Source: Octopus sinensis
Lineage: Eukaryota
Length of the DNA: 64,000 bases
Reading direction: 5' to 3'
NCBI RefSeq assembly: GCF_006345805.1
Contig: NC_043004.1
Location: forward strand, 46,686,001-46,750,000
The position numbers and the translations under genes were made by a program. The notes under the pieces were generated by a model, which did no database searches, was not told where the DNA came from, and saw only the letters and a program-made list of their open reading frames with translations. Of this stretch, positions 15,307-28,676 are shown piece by piece. How positions within the stretch are numbered: the first letter of the stretch is position 1; every line of letters begins with the position of its first letter.

Positions 15307-15549
15307 GTGTGCGTGTGTGTATGAATGTGTATGTGTCTGTGAGTGTGTGTGTGCGTTGCGTGTGTCTGTGTGCATGGGTATCTAGAAATGTGTATGTTGA
15401 TATATGTATGTCTGACTCGGATGCCATAATCGATATTAATTTACAATGACTATATATTGGGCATTTAAATATCATTTCCCGTCTTTTTAATGGATTTTTA
15501 AGTTTCTACCTTCGAGAGCCTTCTAATATACTGCAATAAGGATCACGTG

Positions 15550-15740
15550 CAGCATGCTATAACATTGGTTTCAAACTTTAGCACAAGGCCAGCAGTTTCG
15601 AGGTAAAATATAAGTCGATTACATTGGCTGCAGTGTTCAACTGCTACTTATTTTGTCAAGCCGAGAAGGAGGAAAGACACGGCCCACTGCGGTGCCATTT
15701 GAACTCAGAAGATGCTAATGATACTATCAGCTCCGTGTCT
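15550..15740 (-). mobile_element. Diverged SINE (family of 25726-25942)
   Basis: Degenerate reverse-complement match including tttgaactcagaa and tcgattaca. Confidence 0.5.
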
Positions 15741-15876
15741 TAATACGCTGTAATATTACTCAAGCCTTTATAATCGTTATATGATTGAATCGTCTATTGT
15801 TGCAACGATCGTATTAAAAGAACAAATGTAACACTATCACCTCTATACTTCAACTTATTATGTGTGTGTCCGTTAT

Positions 15877-15921
<45 letters not shown>

Positions 15922-16570
15922 CGCATATATTATATTAAATTAGAGATAAAGCCACTATTAGGCAAATCAAACAGTGAAAAAAAATAAGCCAATGCATAAA
16001 ATTAATTGAAAAATATAAAAGTTAAAAATTAAAAAAAATATTTAAATAATTTAAATTTATAAATTTTAAATATATATATATACAAATATGTATATTTATA
16101 TATGTATGCATATTTTTATGTTTATATATATATATATTTTTATTTATTAATTTATTTATTTATAATTATTTTTTATATAATTATCAAATAAATTAATAAA
16201 TAAAATAATATATATATGTATAAATATAAAAATATACATATATATATATATATATATATATTTGTATATATATATTTAAAATTTATAAGTTTAAATTATT
16301 TAAAACATGTTTTAATTTTTAACTTCTATATTTTTAAATTAATTTTATGTATTGGCTTATGTTTTTCACTGTTTGATTTGCCTAATAGTGGTTTTATCTC
16401 TAATTTAATATAATATAATATAATATATTTATACTATAAAATTGGATTTAATCCTAAATCTAACTTTTCCCTGTAAGTTTGGATTTATTCCCTAATATTA
16501 TTATTATATATACATATATATATTACTATATATATATATATATACATTTATATATACATGTGTAAACGCA

Positions 16571-16935
16571 GGAGTGGCTGTGTGGTAAGTAGCTTGCTTA
16601 CCAGCCACATGGTTCCGAGTTCAGTCCCACTGCGTGGCACATTGGGCAAGTGTCTTCTACTATAGCCTCGGGCCGACCAAAGCCTTGTGAGTGGATTTGG
16701 TAGAGAGAAACTGAAAGCAGCCCGTCGTCTATATGTATGTATATATATATATTATATATATATATATATAATATATATATATATATTATATATATATAAT
16801 ATATACTGTGTTTGTGTGTTTGCCCTCCCCCCAACATCGCTTGACAGCCGATGCTTGTCTGTTTATGTCCCGTAAATTAGCGATTCGTCAAAAGAACCCG
16901 TTAGAATAAGTACTAGACTTACAAAGAATAAGTTA
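16571..16935 (+). mobile_element. tRNA-derived SINE with internal (TA)n
   Basis: GGAGTGGCTGTGTGGTAAGTAGCTTGCTTACC head; high similarity to 62883-63286. Confidence 0.9.
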
Positions 16936-16958
16936 TTCTTGTTGCTTATTTTGATTTT

Positions 16959-16992
<34 letters not shown>

Positions 16993-17329
16993 AAGAAAGA
17001 GAGAGAGTTTACAAATTCACAGATCTCATAAAGGAACAATCAACAAAGCAAGTACTCCATACAGTTAGACATAAATATCAAGTTAATACAAATTTACGAA
17101 AAGAGCTGCTAGTAGTTTCATGCTTAACGATTCTTTACATTGGTAGATTTATGAAATACCCCATGTATATGCATGTAATCTTCCAGGTTGCTTTAATACT
17201 TTAGATGTACATCCTCAGATGCAGGTCTTCCATCCGTTGGATTATTAAATTGCATATAAAGTTGTTGGTGGGCGACAGTAACATTATGGAAATAATTAAA
17301 AGATGCCGAGCATCAGTAAATGATACGGA

Positions 17330-17333
17330 GTAA

Positions 17334-17393
<60 letters not shown>

Positions 17394-17395
17394 CC

Positions 17396-17432
<37 letters not shown>

Positions 17433-17495
17433 TAGTAGTTTTTTGTTGTTGTAATTGTTGTAGTTTTATTGCTGTTAATATTGCTGCTGCTGTTG
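17330..17495. repeat. Compound (TAG)n/(CAG)n/(TTG)n microsatellite
   Basis: Directly visible. Confidence 0.95.
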
Positions 17496-18037
17496 TGTAA
17501 TCTCCATGTGCAAATGCAAGGAATATCAATAAATTGTATTACAGTTCACTTGTGGTGATAATATCATTATGTCTGTTGTGATATATTTAGCGACGTAGGA
17601 TGAATGATTCACCTAGCATCAATACAACTGTTATAATTGGTATGACCATTAATTACAATCCAACGATCTGCACACGTGCCTATAGAATGTGTATGCGAAT
17701 AGCTTCGCTAATGTTCGATTTAATGTATCTAACTTTCTACGTCTATATGGAAGAATTGAAATATGTGTCTAACATAACAGAGGGTCATTGATATGTCTGC
17801 TTTGCAAATTACTTTATCAATCGCCAATATTATATGTAAAGTGATATAATGTGGTATCAACCCTAAATGCGGAGTGAAACACATAATCAATATCGGAATT
17901 TAAGGGGGAAAGGAATTTTTGTTATTCTTTTTTATTCGGTTGCACACACACGCGCGTGCACATACACACACGCATACACACACACACACACGCACACAAA
18001 CATATACGCGTACACACTCACTCACACACACACATAC

Positions 18038-18110
<73 letters not shown>

Positions 18111-19639
18111 TGTGTGTGTGTGTGTGTCAATTGATATACATATCTATTACGCTATTTTCTATCGCCATATTCTCGTAATAACACTTCAAATAGGAAGATG
18201 TAATTGAATCCGGCGCCATATTTTTAATGTTTATTACCAGCACTTCCGGTGACTAAGACTATTGTACTGCATCACATTATAGTTCATAAATTTACAATGG
18301 CCAGCTAACGATTTAGCTTAGCATTTTATCGCAAACAATACAGCTATATTAAAGGAAATTCTACATATATTCATACACATACAAACTGTCACACAAATAA
18401 GCATCTACACAAAAATGATATCTATCACAGAATAAAATAGTGCTAAGAATAAGATGATATTAATATCATTTAATAAAGCATGTTTTATGACTGGAACGAG
18501 AAAAATTTTCATAATTCCTTTCTTAGAGTTTCTTGCCGCCACATACATACGCGCACATCCGCAATTCGATATTCACTCTATTTTTATTTAGATTTTAAGT
18601 TTCTTTTTTTTTTTAAGATAATATCAAAGTCTAAAGCGTTGAGCTGTAGAAACAACGCGAAAATTATATAGAATCTGAAAGTAATGACGCCGATGACGTT
18701 TGTAATGCAAAATTAATTAGATATATTTGTAATCGTTATTCTATTCGATGAACGGTCTCTAAGCCTAATACTGCAATGAGCCGTATAGCATAATTTGCTT
18801 CAATTCTTCATTGTAGCAATTTAAGTATACGTTCAATTCTAATCTTGAAGCGAAACGCTTCTATTTGACATAATCTTATTTGAAAATCCCTCTTAGCTCA
18901 AATTATATAACCTGTGTAAGGAATCGAACAAAATGAACAAAGAGGAGGGGCAAGAGAGGGTTATATACAGAGTAGACGAAAGCAGCACATACATTCTCGA
19001 CAATTACAATACAATCGATATAATCTGAATATAAGCACAATCTCTGTGTATGTTGCAATCATTCATTGTTTTGTCGTATGACCAAATTTGGCAATATATT
19101 CCATCTCCCAAAAGCAGTGCATACATTACTAAAAGGTAACACGTATGCGAATTTTCCCTAAACTTCACGTCAAATGTCGGCTAATTTCATCATTATAATC
19201 AGATAAATAGCTACATAGACAGTAATTCTCGAACGGCGTGTGAAACTCCATATTAGCATTAACTAATCACGTTACAGAATTACTATACAATTAAGGAACG
19301 TGAATATTACACATAGTGAAGTATATTGCTATACTAAAATGTATTCAACTTATTTTGTGCAATTGTAATGAAATTTACAGTTTTACGCAAGGCTCATTTT
19401 ACTTTTCCAGGACAAAATAAATTTCTATTTTGTTGGCGTATTCAACTGAACAAATTTACCTACGATTATGCATGATTAAATGATTTTGCTTTGATAAAGC
19501 TTTAGAACTGCATAAATCCATTTCTCCCACATAGTCTCAATTTGAATGTAAATCGAACGACCTGTAATGCGGTAAATAATATTTTATCTGATAAAGAAAA
19601 ACTGCCATATAGATAGATTATTATGCAATTTGTGATTTA

Positions 19640-19810
19640 GGAGCGGGGCTTCGATGATTTTATTGGTCTCAGTGCTCAGCTGGTACTTATTTCATTGACA
19701 CAGAATGTATGAATGGCAAAGTTCACTTGGGGTGCTTTGAACTCGGAACGTAAAGACGGACGAAATGCCGCGAAGTCCTTTTTGCCCGGTCCTCTAAGGA
19801 TTCTGCCACT
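19640..19810 (-). mobile_element. Diverged SINE (family of 25726-25942)
   Basis: ctggtacttatttcattgac...tttgaactcggaacgtaaagacggacgaaatgccgc. Confidence 0.65.
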
Positions 19811-20399
19811 TCGTCAACTTATTGTACGCAAAATAATGAAGCAAGTCAGATTAAGCTTTGAACAAATGAAATTTTATGAAAAGTGTTTTTTTTTGTAACC
19901 TTGGAAATGATTTCAAAGCAGAAATAAAGTTTAGCAGCGCATTTCAATCAGTTGCAACGATGCCACTTTGATATGGATCTATTCATATTCTGAAACGGCA
20001 ATGATTCCGACGCTCTCATTCGATGTCTGTGCGTGCTGTTTTGTGAACGTTTATCGAACTTATATCTTCCTGTGCTGATTGCTAGTATCCGTCATCTAAA
20101 ACCATGCTGACGATGTTACTGCTGATAACCGCCAGACCATGAAAAGGGAGTGGTTACTTTCCATCCTTTTGCTCGCTTACGCAGAAAGGACTGAAACGTT
20201 CTAGACCCACACTTCACACCTCAGCCTACTCTTCATAATTTTCTTCAGTTTCAACTTGAAGAATAATGTGTAATTGGAGAGACTCTGTTGTCTAGAATAA
20301 GTTTACTTAAAACCGAGTAACTCTAGTGAATATATTTCGAGTGTACGCTCATCATCTGACAATCAATTGGAGTATCAGAAACGACAATAAACATTACAC

Positions 20400-22330
20400 A
20401 TACCTCTGGTTATATTTAACAATCCTACTTAGGTTTTGAGTAGGATCTGGTCAGAGTATGTAAAATAAAACAACAGGTCGCCACGACTACATGAAGTGAA
20501 AAAGAACTGAAAAAAACTTGGAGATATAGGAGTACATTGTCATAACAACGGAAGATATTCAAGTCACACTTGGTATGATGAGAAATTGGAAGACAGCTTC
20601 CCCAGAAGTCGCCCAAAGTTTTTGGTTCAAAGTTTTAATTAATTTTTATCCTAAACCACAGAAAAAAGAGAACTGCAAGGTTGTGTACACCAATGAATTG
20701 TACTAGAATGGATGGTCAAAGGAAGAGCTGACTTCATTCAGAACGACCAAACCAACTAACTTCCGATTCCTTGTTTACTTATGATGTAGAAGCTTCTAAT
20801 TGTGAAAATAGAGAATTAATTGTATAACACCTTGAAAGAAATCACCGCTAGCGAATGAACAGAAAGACTGCAGGAAGAGATCACAAGAAAAACGAAATTT
20901 TGTCATTGCTAAGGCAATTCTTAGGAACTACCGAACAAGGTTGATAAACCTATCATTGGCTTGGATTTACCATAAGAAGGCATATGATGTGGTTCCTCAG
21001 TTGTGGATTCTGAAATGCCTGGAGATGATCAGGGTAGTTAAGAGTACGATTTACTTATTCAAAAGCAGTATGATTAATTGGAAGCCAGTTATGACTGCAT
21101 TTGGCAGAGAACTTGGACAAGTCGACATGAAGAAGTAAATCTTTCGAAGAGAGGCTGTGTCACTATTATTGTTTATTGTTCATGTGTCACCACTCTCCAA
21201 AATTCCGAGAAAGTTGGGAGCTGGTTACAAGTTACAGAAAAATATGAGACCAATCAATTAGCTTCTGTTTATGAATGATTTGAACTAGCAGAGGTCAACG
21301 GGATTCCATTATTCGTACCACACGAATTTTCTCTTAAGACTTCCAGTTGGTATTTGGTATAGAGAAATGCTCTGTTATTGAGGAGAGGGCCTAAATCAGA
21401 TAACAGTGGAGTACAACTTCAGGTTGATGAACGCATAACAGAAGTGAATGGAGAGTGATATATGTATCTTTTATATTTAGGGCAAAAAATGAACACCAAT
21501 ATGAAGGTGAAAATTAATTCTGAATACACCAGAAGAGTTAAAAATCTATGTAGACCTAAGCTGAAATGATGGAACCTGATTATAGTCATCGTCACGTAAG
21601 ATGAAAGTGTGATCCGTTACTACGCAGGAGTTGTGGAATGGACAAACGAAGGACTGGTCAGCATAGATCGAAAAACTAGGAAAGTAGTGTTTTCATCTTA
21701 GCTGCTCAAGATCGAAGCTTGTTGATCCGGAACTACCAAGCCAATGTGAGAAAAGAGAATGGATCCAAAGCAACGACTCTGCAATGTGTAGGTTGAAGCA
21801 GTGGCCCAATTAATCGCTATATGTACAATCTTAACTCAAGTAGAGTATACATCAAGACATGACAGAGTTGGCCAATATCTACAATACAAAAGTTTATGTG
21901 TCGACATAAATCAAAACTGCTGACAGGTGGTGCAAGCACCACCTTCAGACATTTGCTGAACGAAAAATTGTAACAATTGTTTGGCACTTTCCATTATATA
22001 CGAAACCATTAAAACTAATAAGTCGGATATTATTGTAAGAGCTCAACGTTATAAGGTCTGTTTATTGATTGACATGAGTATCGCTTGTGATCATAATATT
22101 GTAACTAAGGAATTTGACTAACTGAAAAATATAAACATTTCTTCATTGAACTCGAAAAAATGTGGAATCTGAAAGCAGTTGCAATACCAATCCTTGTAGA
22201 AGCACTAGAAATGATTCAAAACCAAACGAAATAAGCAATTGTTTCAGAATTATCCCTTGCTGTTTTAACTGGTACATCTCACATAATGAGAAGAGCATGG
22301 TCGCAATAAAAAACACTAAACTTCCATGTA
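20400..22330 (+). mobile_element. Decayed RLE-type non-LTR retrotransposon (R4/Dong-like): RT plus restriction-like endonuclease
   Basis: Frameshifted motifs NWK..FWFK, LAWIYHKKAYDVVP..WILKCLE, VDMKK.IFR..SLLF, IDRKTRK, SDIIV..LLIDMSIACD..KY..IELEKMWNLK. Confidence 0.85.
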
Positions 22331-22439
22331 AATAAATTTCTTTTCTTTTTTTCCATCTCTGCATTTGATTTTGTAAATAAACAATCTGATCGTGTTTACC
22401 GTAATGGCTTATTAATACATGCACTGAGTTTTCTTGCGC

Positions 22440-22800
22440 TATATATCGGGAAAAATGGCAACGCAATTGATAGAAGAAAACACTCATAAAGATGATGATA
22501 GATAAATACAACCATTTTAATTACGAAATAACACGGCTATGGAAAATTAAGGTGAAGGTAGTGTCAATTATTGTTGGGTCCTTGGGAACAGTCTCAGAAG
22601 GTATTAAGAGGAATATAATGGAAATCGGAATAGAGTGCCCAGTAGAACTGTCACAAAAGGTTTGCCTTCTTGGCACGGCCAGGATAATCAGGAAACTATT
22701 ACATAGTTTAAAAGAAGAGATAGCATGTAACCGTAGGCTACAGGTAGCTAGTGCGATGCCTGTAAGACTGCAAGACTCCATGAGTTACAACAAAACCTGA
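22440..22800 (+). mobile_element. 3' end of a second RLE-type LINE (endonuclease C-terminus)
   Basis: ORF 22492-22800: DKYNHFNYEITRLWKIKVKVVSIIVGSLGTV...LSQKVCLLGTARIIRKLL. Confidence 0.85.
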
Positions 22801-23117
22801 AATAAAAGAAATACAGAAATGCAGGCGACTGTAGTGATAGTGGTGGTGATGGTGGTGGTGGTGGTGGTGATGGACAGCAGGGATATTTGAAATGGAGTGT
22901 GATGGAGATGATTTTCTCTAGTGAATTTATTGACTAATGAGTGAGTGTAGAGAAAATGAAAAGAACGGATTTTGGTAATTTTAAACACACACCTGGAGAT
23001 TGAAATCAGCTGGTGCAGAAAGCATATTCCGTTCCCATGGTGATTCTGAATGTGTAATTACTTCATTTTTCCTTCATGTATGTATTTCTCTATCAGCATG
23101 GTACTCGTTATTTGTAC

Positions 23118-23239
<122 letters not shown>

Positions 23240-24019
23240 ACCACATATATATATGTTTAAGTAGTTGAATGAATTATCCTGGTACGGATTATCACTATGG
23301 ACTCCGTGTGGGCAGTCATCTAAAAGGTCTTGTTCGTCATGATGCTGACATAAGTTCCTTGTCTTTCCTGATGAGAAGACGGCATAATGCACCCTTTATT
23401 CCTTCGGAATTAAGAATATGCAGTCTTCGAAACATATGTCGAGAATAAAGGAATTTTGTTAAATCGTCGTTCGACACCATTCTTTCATTTATCAATATAT
23501 ATATATATGAATTACTACTTTCGTCATTAAAAAGATGCCTATTTCTTTTACTAAAGTTTAGTGAGGACTACAACAAAATATTCTTGCCGACCTTTTGTTT
23601 GTATAATAATTACATAAATTAATTCTATTAACTTAGTACAAAAGACGGTCGTAATTGTTTATTGTACAACCTTACCATGAACAGGAAAAGAGGGATCGAC
23701 AGGACGATGACTTTCTGCTTCATTGACCTTCATCAGCAATTAGATACCATTTATACTAAAGCCAATATGAAATTACAATTAGCTTTAGGATATATGGTAT
23801 CCAATTGCTGATTAAGATTAATGAACCAGAAAGTCGTCGTTCTATCGGTCCCTCTTTTCCTATGTACCGTGAGGTCGTGTAATAAATATTTACAACAATA
23901 TCAGGTACCAAATTAATGTAATTAATTTACAGTATTGTTGTCCGAACGCAGTGTCAGTTTGAATATTTGTTGTAATTCTAAGTAAGACTTAATATGCCTA
24001 ATAAAAAACTTCTGGACGT

Positions 24020-24067
24020 CATCATCATCATCATCATCATCATCACCATCACTATTATTATTATTAT

Positions 24068-24129
<62 letters not shown>

Positions 24130-24138
24130 ACTATTACT

Positions 24139-24169
<31 letters not shown>

Positions 24170-24290
24170 GTAGTAGTAGTAGAAGCAGCAGCAGCAACAG
24201 CAGTAGTAGTATTAGTAGTAGTAGTAGTGGCTGCAGCAGCAGCAGCAGCAGTACTAGTAGTACTAGTAGTAGTAGTATCACCATCATCAT
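24020..24290. repeat. Compound trinucleotide microsatellite (CAT/TAT/TAC/TAG/CAG)
   Basis: Directly visible. Confidence 0.95.
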
Positions 24291-24294
24291 TGTG

Positions 24295-24835
24295 TGAGAA
24301 AGCAGTGCATGCCATTACAGTGACACGGGTGCAATATACAAAGCACAATATAACCCTCATAACTAACCGTCTGATAAGTGTATACCAGACACACACATTA
24401 CAACCATATGCGCGCCACATGGTGATCTCATATCAAGATAAACAGCGTGTAAAACTTCAGATAAGATCCAGTTAGAATTTTCTTCAGGTTCCGTAGCCCA
24501 TCCCGATCAAAAGGTCTCTAAACATGGGTTTAAGGATGTTGTATGAAACACCTATGTTTCTAGAGGTGAATTATCCAAACCCCAAAGAATTACTCTATAC
24601 ACATTATTATGATGCACCCCTACTACTTCCGCTCGTGATCAGAGATGCCCATATCGTCAGTGAACAAGGAGCATACTCACCTGGTTAAGGTCAAATAACT
24701 GACGAGCAAATGTGTGCTGCTGAGCAGAATATTTGCTGTAGACCATGTTTTATATCAAGATAAACAATTTACTTGATAAAACATCTGGTCAGTTCAGATC
24801 AGAAGCCATGAGAGCCACTGTCTGGTACTGCATCA
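24295..24835 (-). mobile_element. Dispersed retroposon-like repeat, copy 1 (also 24945-25395 and fragment 50725-50880)
   Basis: Three mutually homologous copies sharing ccatcccgatc...gaaacacctatgttt...tatgatgc...cagagatgc.tatcgtcag...aaggtcaa; the full copies abut microsatellite tracts. Confidence 0.75.
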
Positions 24836-24840
24836 TTGCG

Positions 24841-24902
<62 letters not shown>

Positions 24903-24944
24903 CATCATCATCATCATCATCATCACCATCTTTGATTGAGGTAG

Positions 24945-25395
24945 CAATGCATGCTATCAAAATGACACTGGTGTACAGATATACGAAGACCAATATGCAC
25001 ACATCATGACAACCTGTCCCACAAGGTTACACCAGGCACATCACACATATGTGCGCAACATGGTGATCACATATTAAGATTAACAGTGCATGATATTACA
25101 GGTGGAGAGCAGTTAAAATTGTTTTCGTGCTGAGTACACCATCCCGATCGAAAAATCCCTGAGTAAGGTCTGTTTAAAGATGTTGAATGAAACACCTATG
25201 TTTCCAGCGTCGAATTATTCAGACCACAAAGAATTCCATTCGCCACATGGCTATGATGCTCCTCACAACCTCTACTCCTACTCGTTGTCAGAGATGCATG
25301 TATCGTCAGCCACCAAGTAAAATGCTCAACTGGCGAAGGTCAAGTAACTGACTAGAAAATTTGTGGTATTGACCAGAACATATGCTGTAGCATGT
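24945..25395 (-). mobile_element. Dispersed retroposon-like repeat, copy 2
   Basis: Colinear and diverged relative to 24295-24835. Confidence 0.75.
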
Positions 25396-25590
25396 ACCCC
25401 ACTTCATCTTTCTTAAAACGTTTGTTAGTGGCGCTATGCAGACAACAAATAGTAGAGGCGACAGACTATCCCTTTGAAAGATTCCTCTTTTGATATTTAC
25501 CTCTCCTAGCTTATCTTCCCATGGTGAGAGTTCACTATGCCACGTTATCATTGAGTTTTGTATTAACTTCATTATATTATGTGGGACATT
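25395..25590 (-). mobile_element. RLE-type LINE RT fragment
   Basis: ORF 25306-25572: LGEVNIKRGIFQRDSLSPLLFVVCIAPLTNVLRK. Confidence 0.85.
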
Positions 25591-25663
25591 AAGCAGTTTA
25601 AGTCAATCAATAAATTACGAGTGTAGGATCACGTCATATACATTTGTGTAGTCCACATATACC

Positions 25664-25725
<62 letters not shown>

Positions 25726-25942
25726 GGCGAGCTGGCAGCAACGTTAGCACGCCGGGCGAAATGCGTAGCCGTATTTCGTTCTGAGTTCAAATTCCGCCGA
25801 GGTCGACTTTCCCTTTCATCCTTTCGGGGTCGATAAATTAAGTACCAGTTACGCACTGGGGTCGATATAATCGACTTAACCCGTTTGTCTGTCCTTCTTT
25901 GTCCCCTTTGTGTGTAGCCTCTTGTGGGTGGTAAAGAAACAA
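25726..25942 (+). mobile_element. SINE with a CCTTTCATCCTTTCGGGGTCGATAAA..AGTACCAG core, embedded in (ATT)n
   Basis: Well-preserved copy; relatives near 15550, 19640, 30160, 34240, 34460, 36750. The core resembles the Meta-SINE domain from memory (unverified). Confidence 0.85.
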
Positions 25943-25975
<33 letters not shown>

Positions 25976-26494
25976 CCACTAACTTTAATCAGATTGTCTG
26001 ATTTGAGTATTAGACAAGGTGTCTTGGTTGTTCTGATGATTACGACCTTACGTAAATTATTGGAGTAATAGAGCTTATTTCTTAAATTAAATATTACTTG
26101 GTGTTTTAACGCAAACTGATTTGGAAATTAAGCTAATTATAGTGGCACACGTAAATGGTAATTAGTATAACTCCACATCTTTGAGAGAATGAAAGGCCAA
26201 GTTGTACTTTTTTCCGTGAGTCGGAGGTCATGTTTGCTATTCATTATTTCTAGGTAAATGGAGAACGGAGACAGATATAATGGACTAACTCCTCTCATCT
26301 GTTTCATAGTGTCTAAATCCAGAGTGCTTCCTCTTTTATTGATGTTGTTCTCATCACTTATTTATTTATTTGTTTATTTATTTAATAAGAAAAACACAAA
26401 TCTCATGCTATTTACTTACAACTCTTTGCTTTCCGTTTGCAAATTCAGCGTGAGTGAATTTGCTTTTCTCCCTTCTGAGATCAGTAAAACAATG

Positions 26495-27215
26495 AGATCT
26501 TTACCATTTGACCGACGAATTTTTAAAATAATTTTTTGTAACGAAACACTTTCAAACTTCGAACACTGGTAGAATGTGTCATATAAAACAACTTTTACTC
26601 TTAGAGGTTTTGAGAAAAGCTTATATTTAGGAAGTTATTTCGCGTTAAAGTTGTAGTATTTCGGGAATTTCAGCCAATCAATAACGTGTATTCAGCTGAA
26701 TAAAATTATTGCCGTTGTTTGTCAACAACAATTATCAGCGGTGTATTTTTCGTTTGTCACTGTTATTTATGAAATCGTTCATGCATTTGTACTGGATTTA
26801 GCTTTAAGGTTTTAGGGTTAAGGTTAAAGATTTAGGGCTAGGATTAGGGCTTTAGGGTTAGGGTTAGGGTTAAGGTTTTAGGGTTAGGGTTAGGGCCATG
26901 GTTTTAGGGTTAGGTTTAATGTTTAGGATTTAGGGTTAGGGTTAGGGTTGTCATATATAACAGTGACAAACGAAATATACACCGCCGGAAGTTCTAGTTG
27001 ACAAACAACAGCAGTAATTTTACTCAGCTATTGATTGTTTTAAATTACCGAAATACTACAACTTTAACGTGAAATAACTTCCTAAATATAAGCTTTTCTC
27101 AAAAACGCTAAGAGTAAAAGATGTTTTATACGATACATTCTAACAGTGTCCGAAGTTTGAAAGTTTTTAGTTACAAAAAATATTTTTTTAATTTGTTGGT
27201 GAAAAGGTACTTAAT
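26495..27215. mobile_element. Palindromic non-autonomous element: ~280-bp inverted arms around a degenerate (TTAGGG)n core (26803-26948)
   Basis: ~26500-26780 is the reverse complement of ~26950-27210; arms are homologous to the MITE at 27667. Confidence 0.8.
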
Positions 27216-27666
27216 TTTACATATTCGACTAATAAATATTTGTATTGTTTGGTATATGTAATCGTTAGAATATTACACAAATTACCTTGTGTTATTTCGA
27301 CGTCGTCAAATTTACCTCGTGTACGAGAATTTATTTTCTTCTTTGCTGAACGCTTTCTTTTACGGTGATACCATTGATAACAATATAGACTAATTCTTGT
27401 ATGCAAGAGTTAATGGCATTGTAATGTTGGTGCAGGACGAGGATGATTTTGTGCAACCGTTCTGTCCTGTCGTTTGATTTCTCTCTTCTCCCTTTTGATG
27501 GTTTCGAATTTTTTGGTTCCGATGGCGATATAATAGCCCCACTTGGTACGGCCTCGGGCTTGTGTTTCAAACGATTTAGGTTCAATTCCAGTGATTTTCA
27601 GTGTTACATTTACTTGAGGTTGTTTACGTTTTGAATTCAAATTCCCTTATTATCAGTTAAGCATTT

Positions 27667-28083
27667 GGGTCTTTTCGGTTTGAACGGCAGTTTTTAACAT
27701 AATTTCTAGGTAACTAAAAATATTTTAAACTTCGTATACTGGTAGAATGTGTTTATAAAACATCTTTTTCTCTTGACTTTATTGAGACAATTGTATAGTT
27801 TGTAAGATATTTGTTGTTTTTATTCTTCAATTTCTGCAATTTCAACCAATCAATGACGTCTATTGAGGTAAAAAAAATTCTGTGCCGTATGAATATGTCC
27901 CTCGTTTAAGAAACAGATTGGGTTTATTTACATTTGGGAAGAAAAACAGATACCTTTACCCCCACCCCTAACCCTAACCCTAAAACAGATTGAAATGCAA
28001 TAGATCGATACAAGGTTCATAATTATGGGTGACAATTTCATATGACACCGCTAGAAAAACTGCCGTTCAAACCGAAACGATCC
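27667..28083. mobile_element. 417-bp MITE, ~28-bp TIRs starting GG, 8-bp TSD AAGCATTT (Merlin-like)
   Basis: TIR GG(G/A)TC(T/G)TTTCGGTTTGAACGGCAGTTTTT; identical 8-mers at 27659-27666 and 28084-28091; second copy at 55395-55812. Confidence 0.9.
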
Positions 28084-28591
28084 AAGCATTTTATCCCTAT
28101 GAAATCCACAAAAAATTGCACTATTCAAGTATTTGAGCGTATCATATCCTCACTACAACTGTTAGATTTCATAGCTAATGAGAAATCCAATATTATAAAA
28201 GTGGCGAGCTTGAAGAATCATTTGAGCTCGGAAGACATGTGTTAGACTGTCTATTCCGATTTCTTACAACATAGTTTAAAATCTGGCCGAGTTAAAATGT
28301 ATGTTTTATTTCTCTGGGGTTGCGGAATCACGCCAATGAAGTAATGAATAGATAGTATCGAATCAATATTATTGGCAATGTGCCAAAGTTAAAAACTAAT
28401 GCATAGTAACGAGTTCACAGGAAAATATTTTGTTGTATTCTTTCTCACGCTTTGTAAAGAATGCATTCTCGGTTCAAACTCTGTTAAGATCAACTTAACA
28501 AATGCTTTCAATTCTTTTCGGGGCCCGATAACATAAACTTCCTCGTTAAGTACTTCGATCTGTGATTTTGACTAAAGCCCTTCTCTTAGAA

Positions 28592-28595
28592 TAAA

Positions 28596-28676
<81 letters not shown>

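Noticed and set aside
26803-26948. True telomere or chromosome-fusion scar
   Set aside because: Short, degenerate, single orientation and centred in a TIR element
27331-27640. Overlapping ORFs between the two TTAGGG elements
   Set aside because: No transposase or other motif and no good splice sites; cannot be linked to the MITEs
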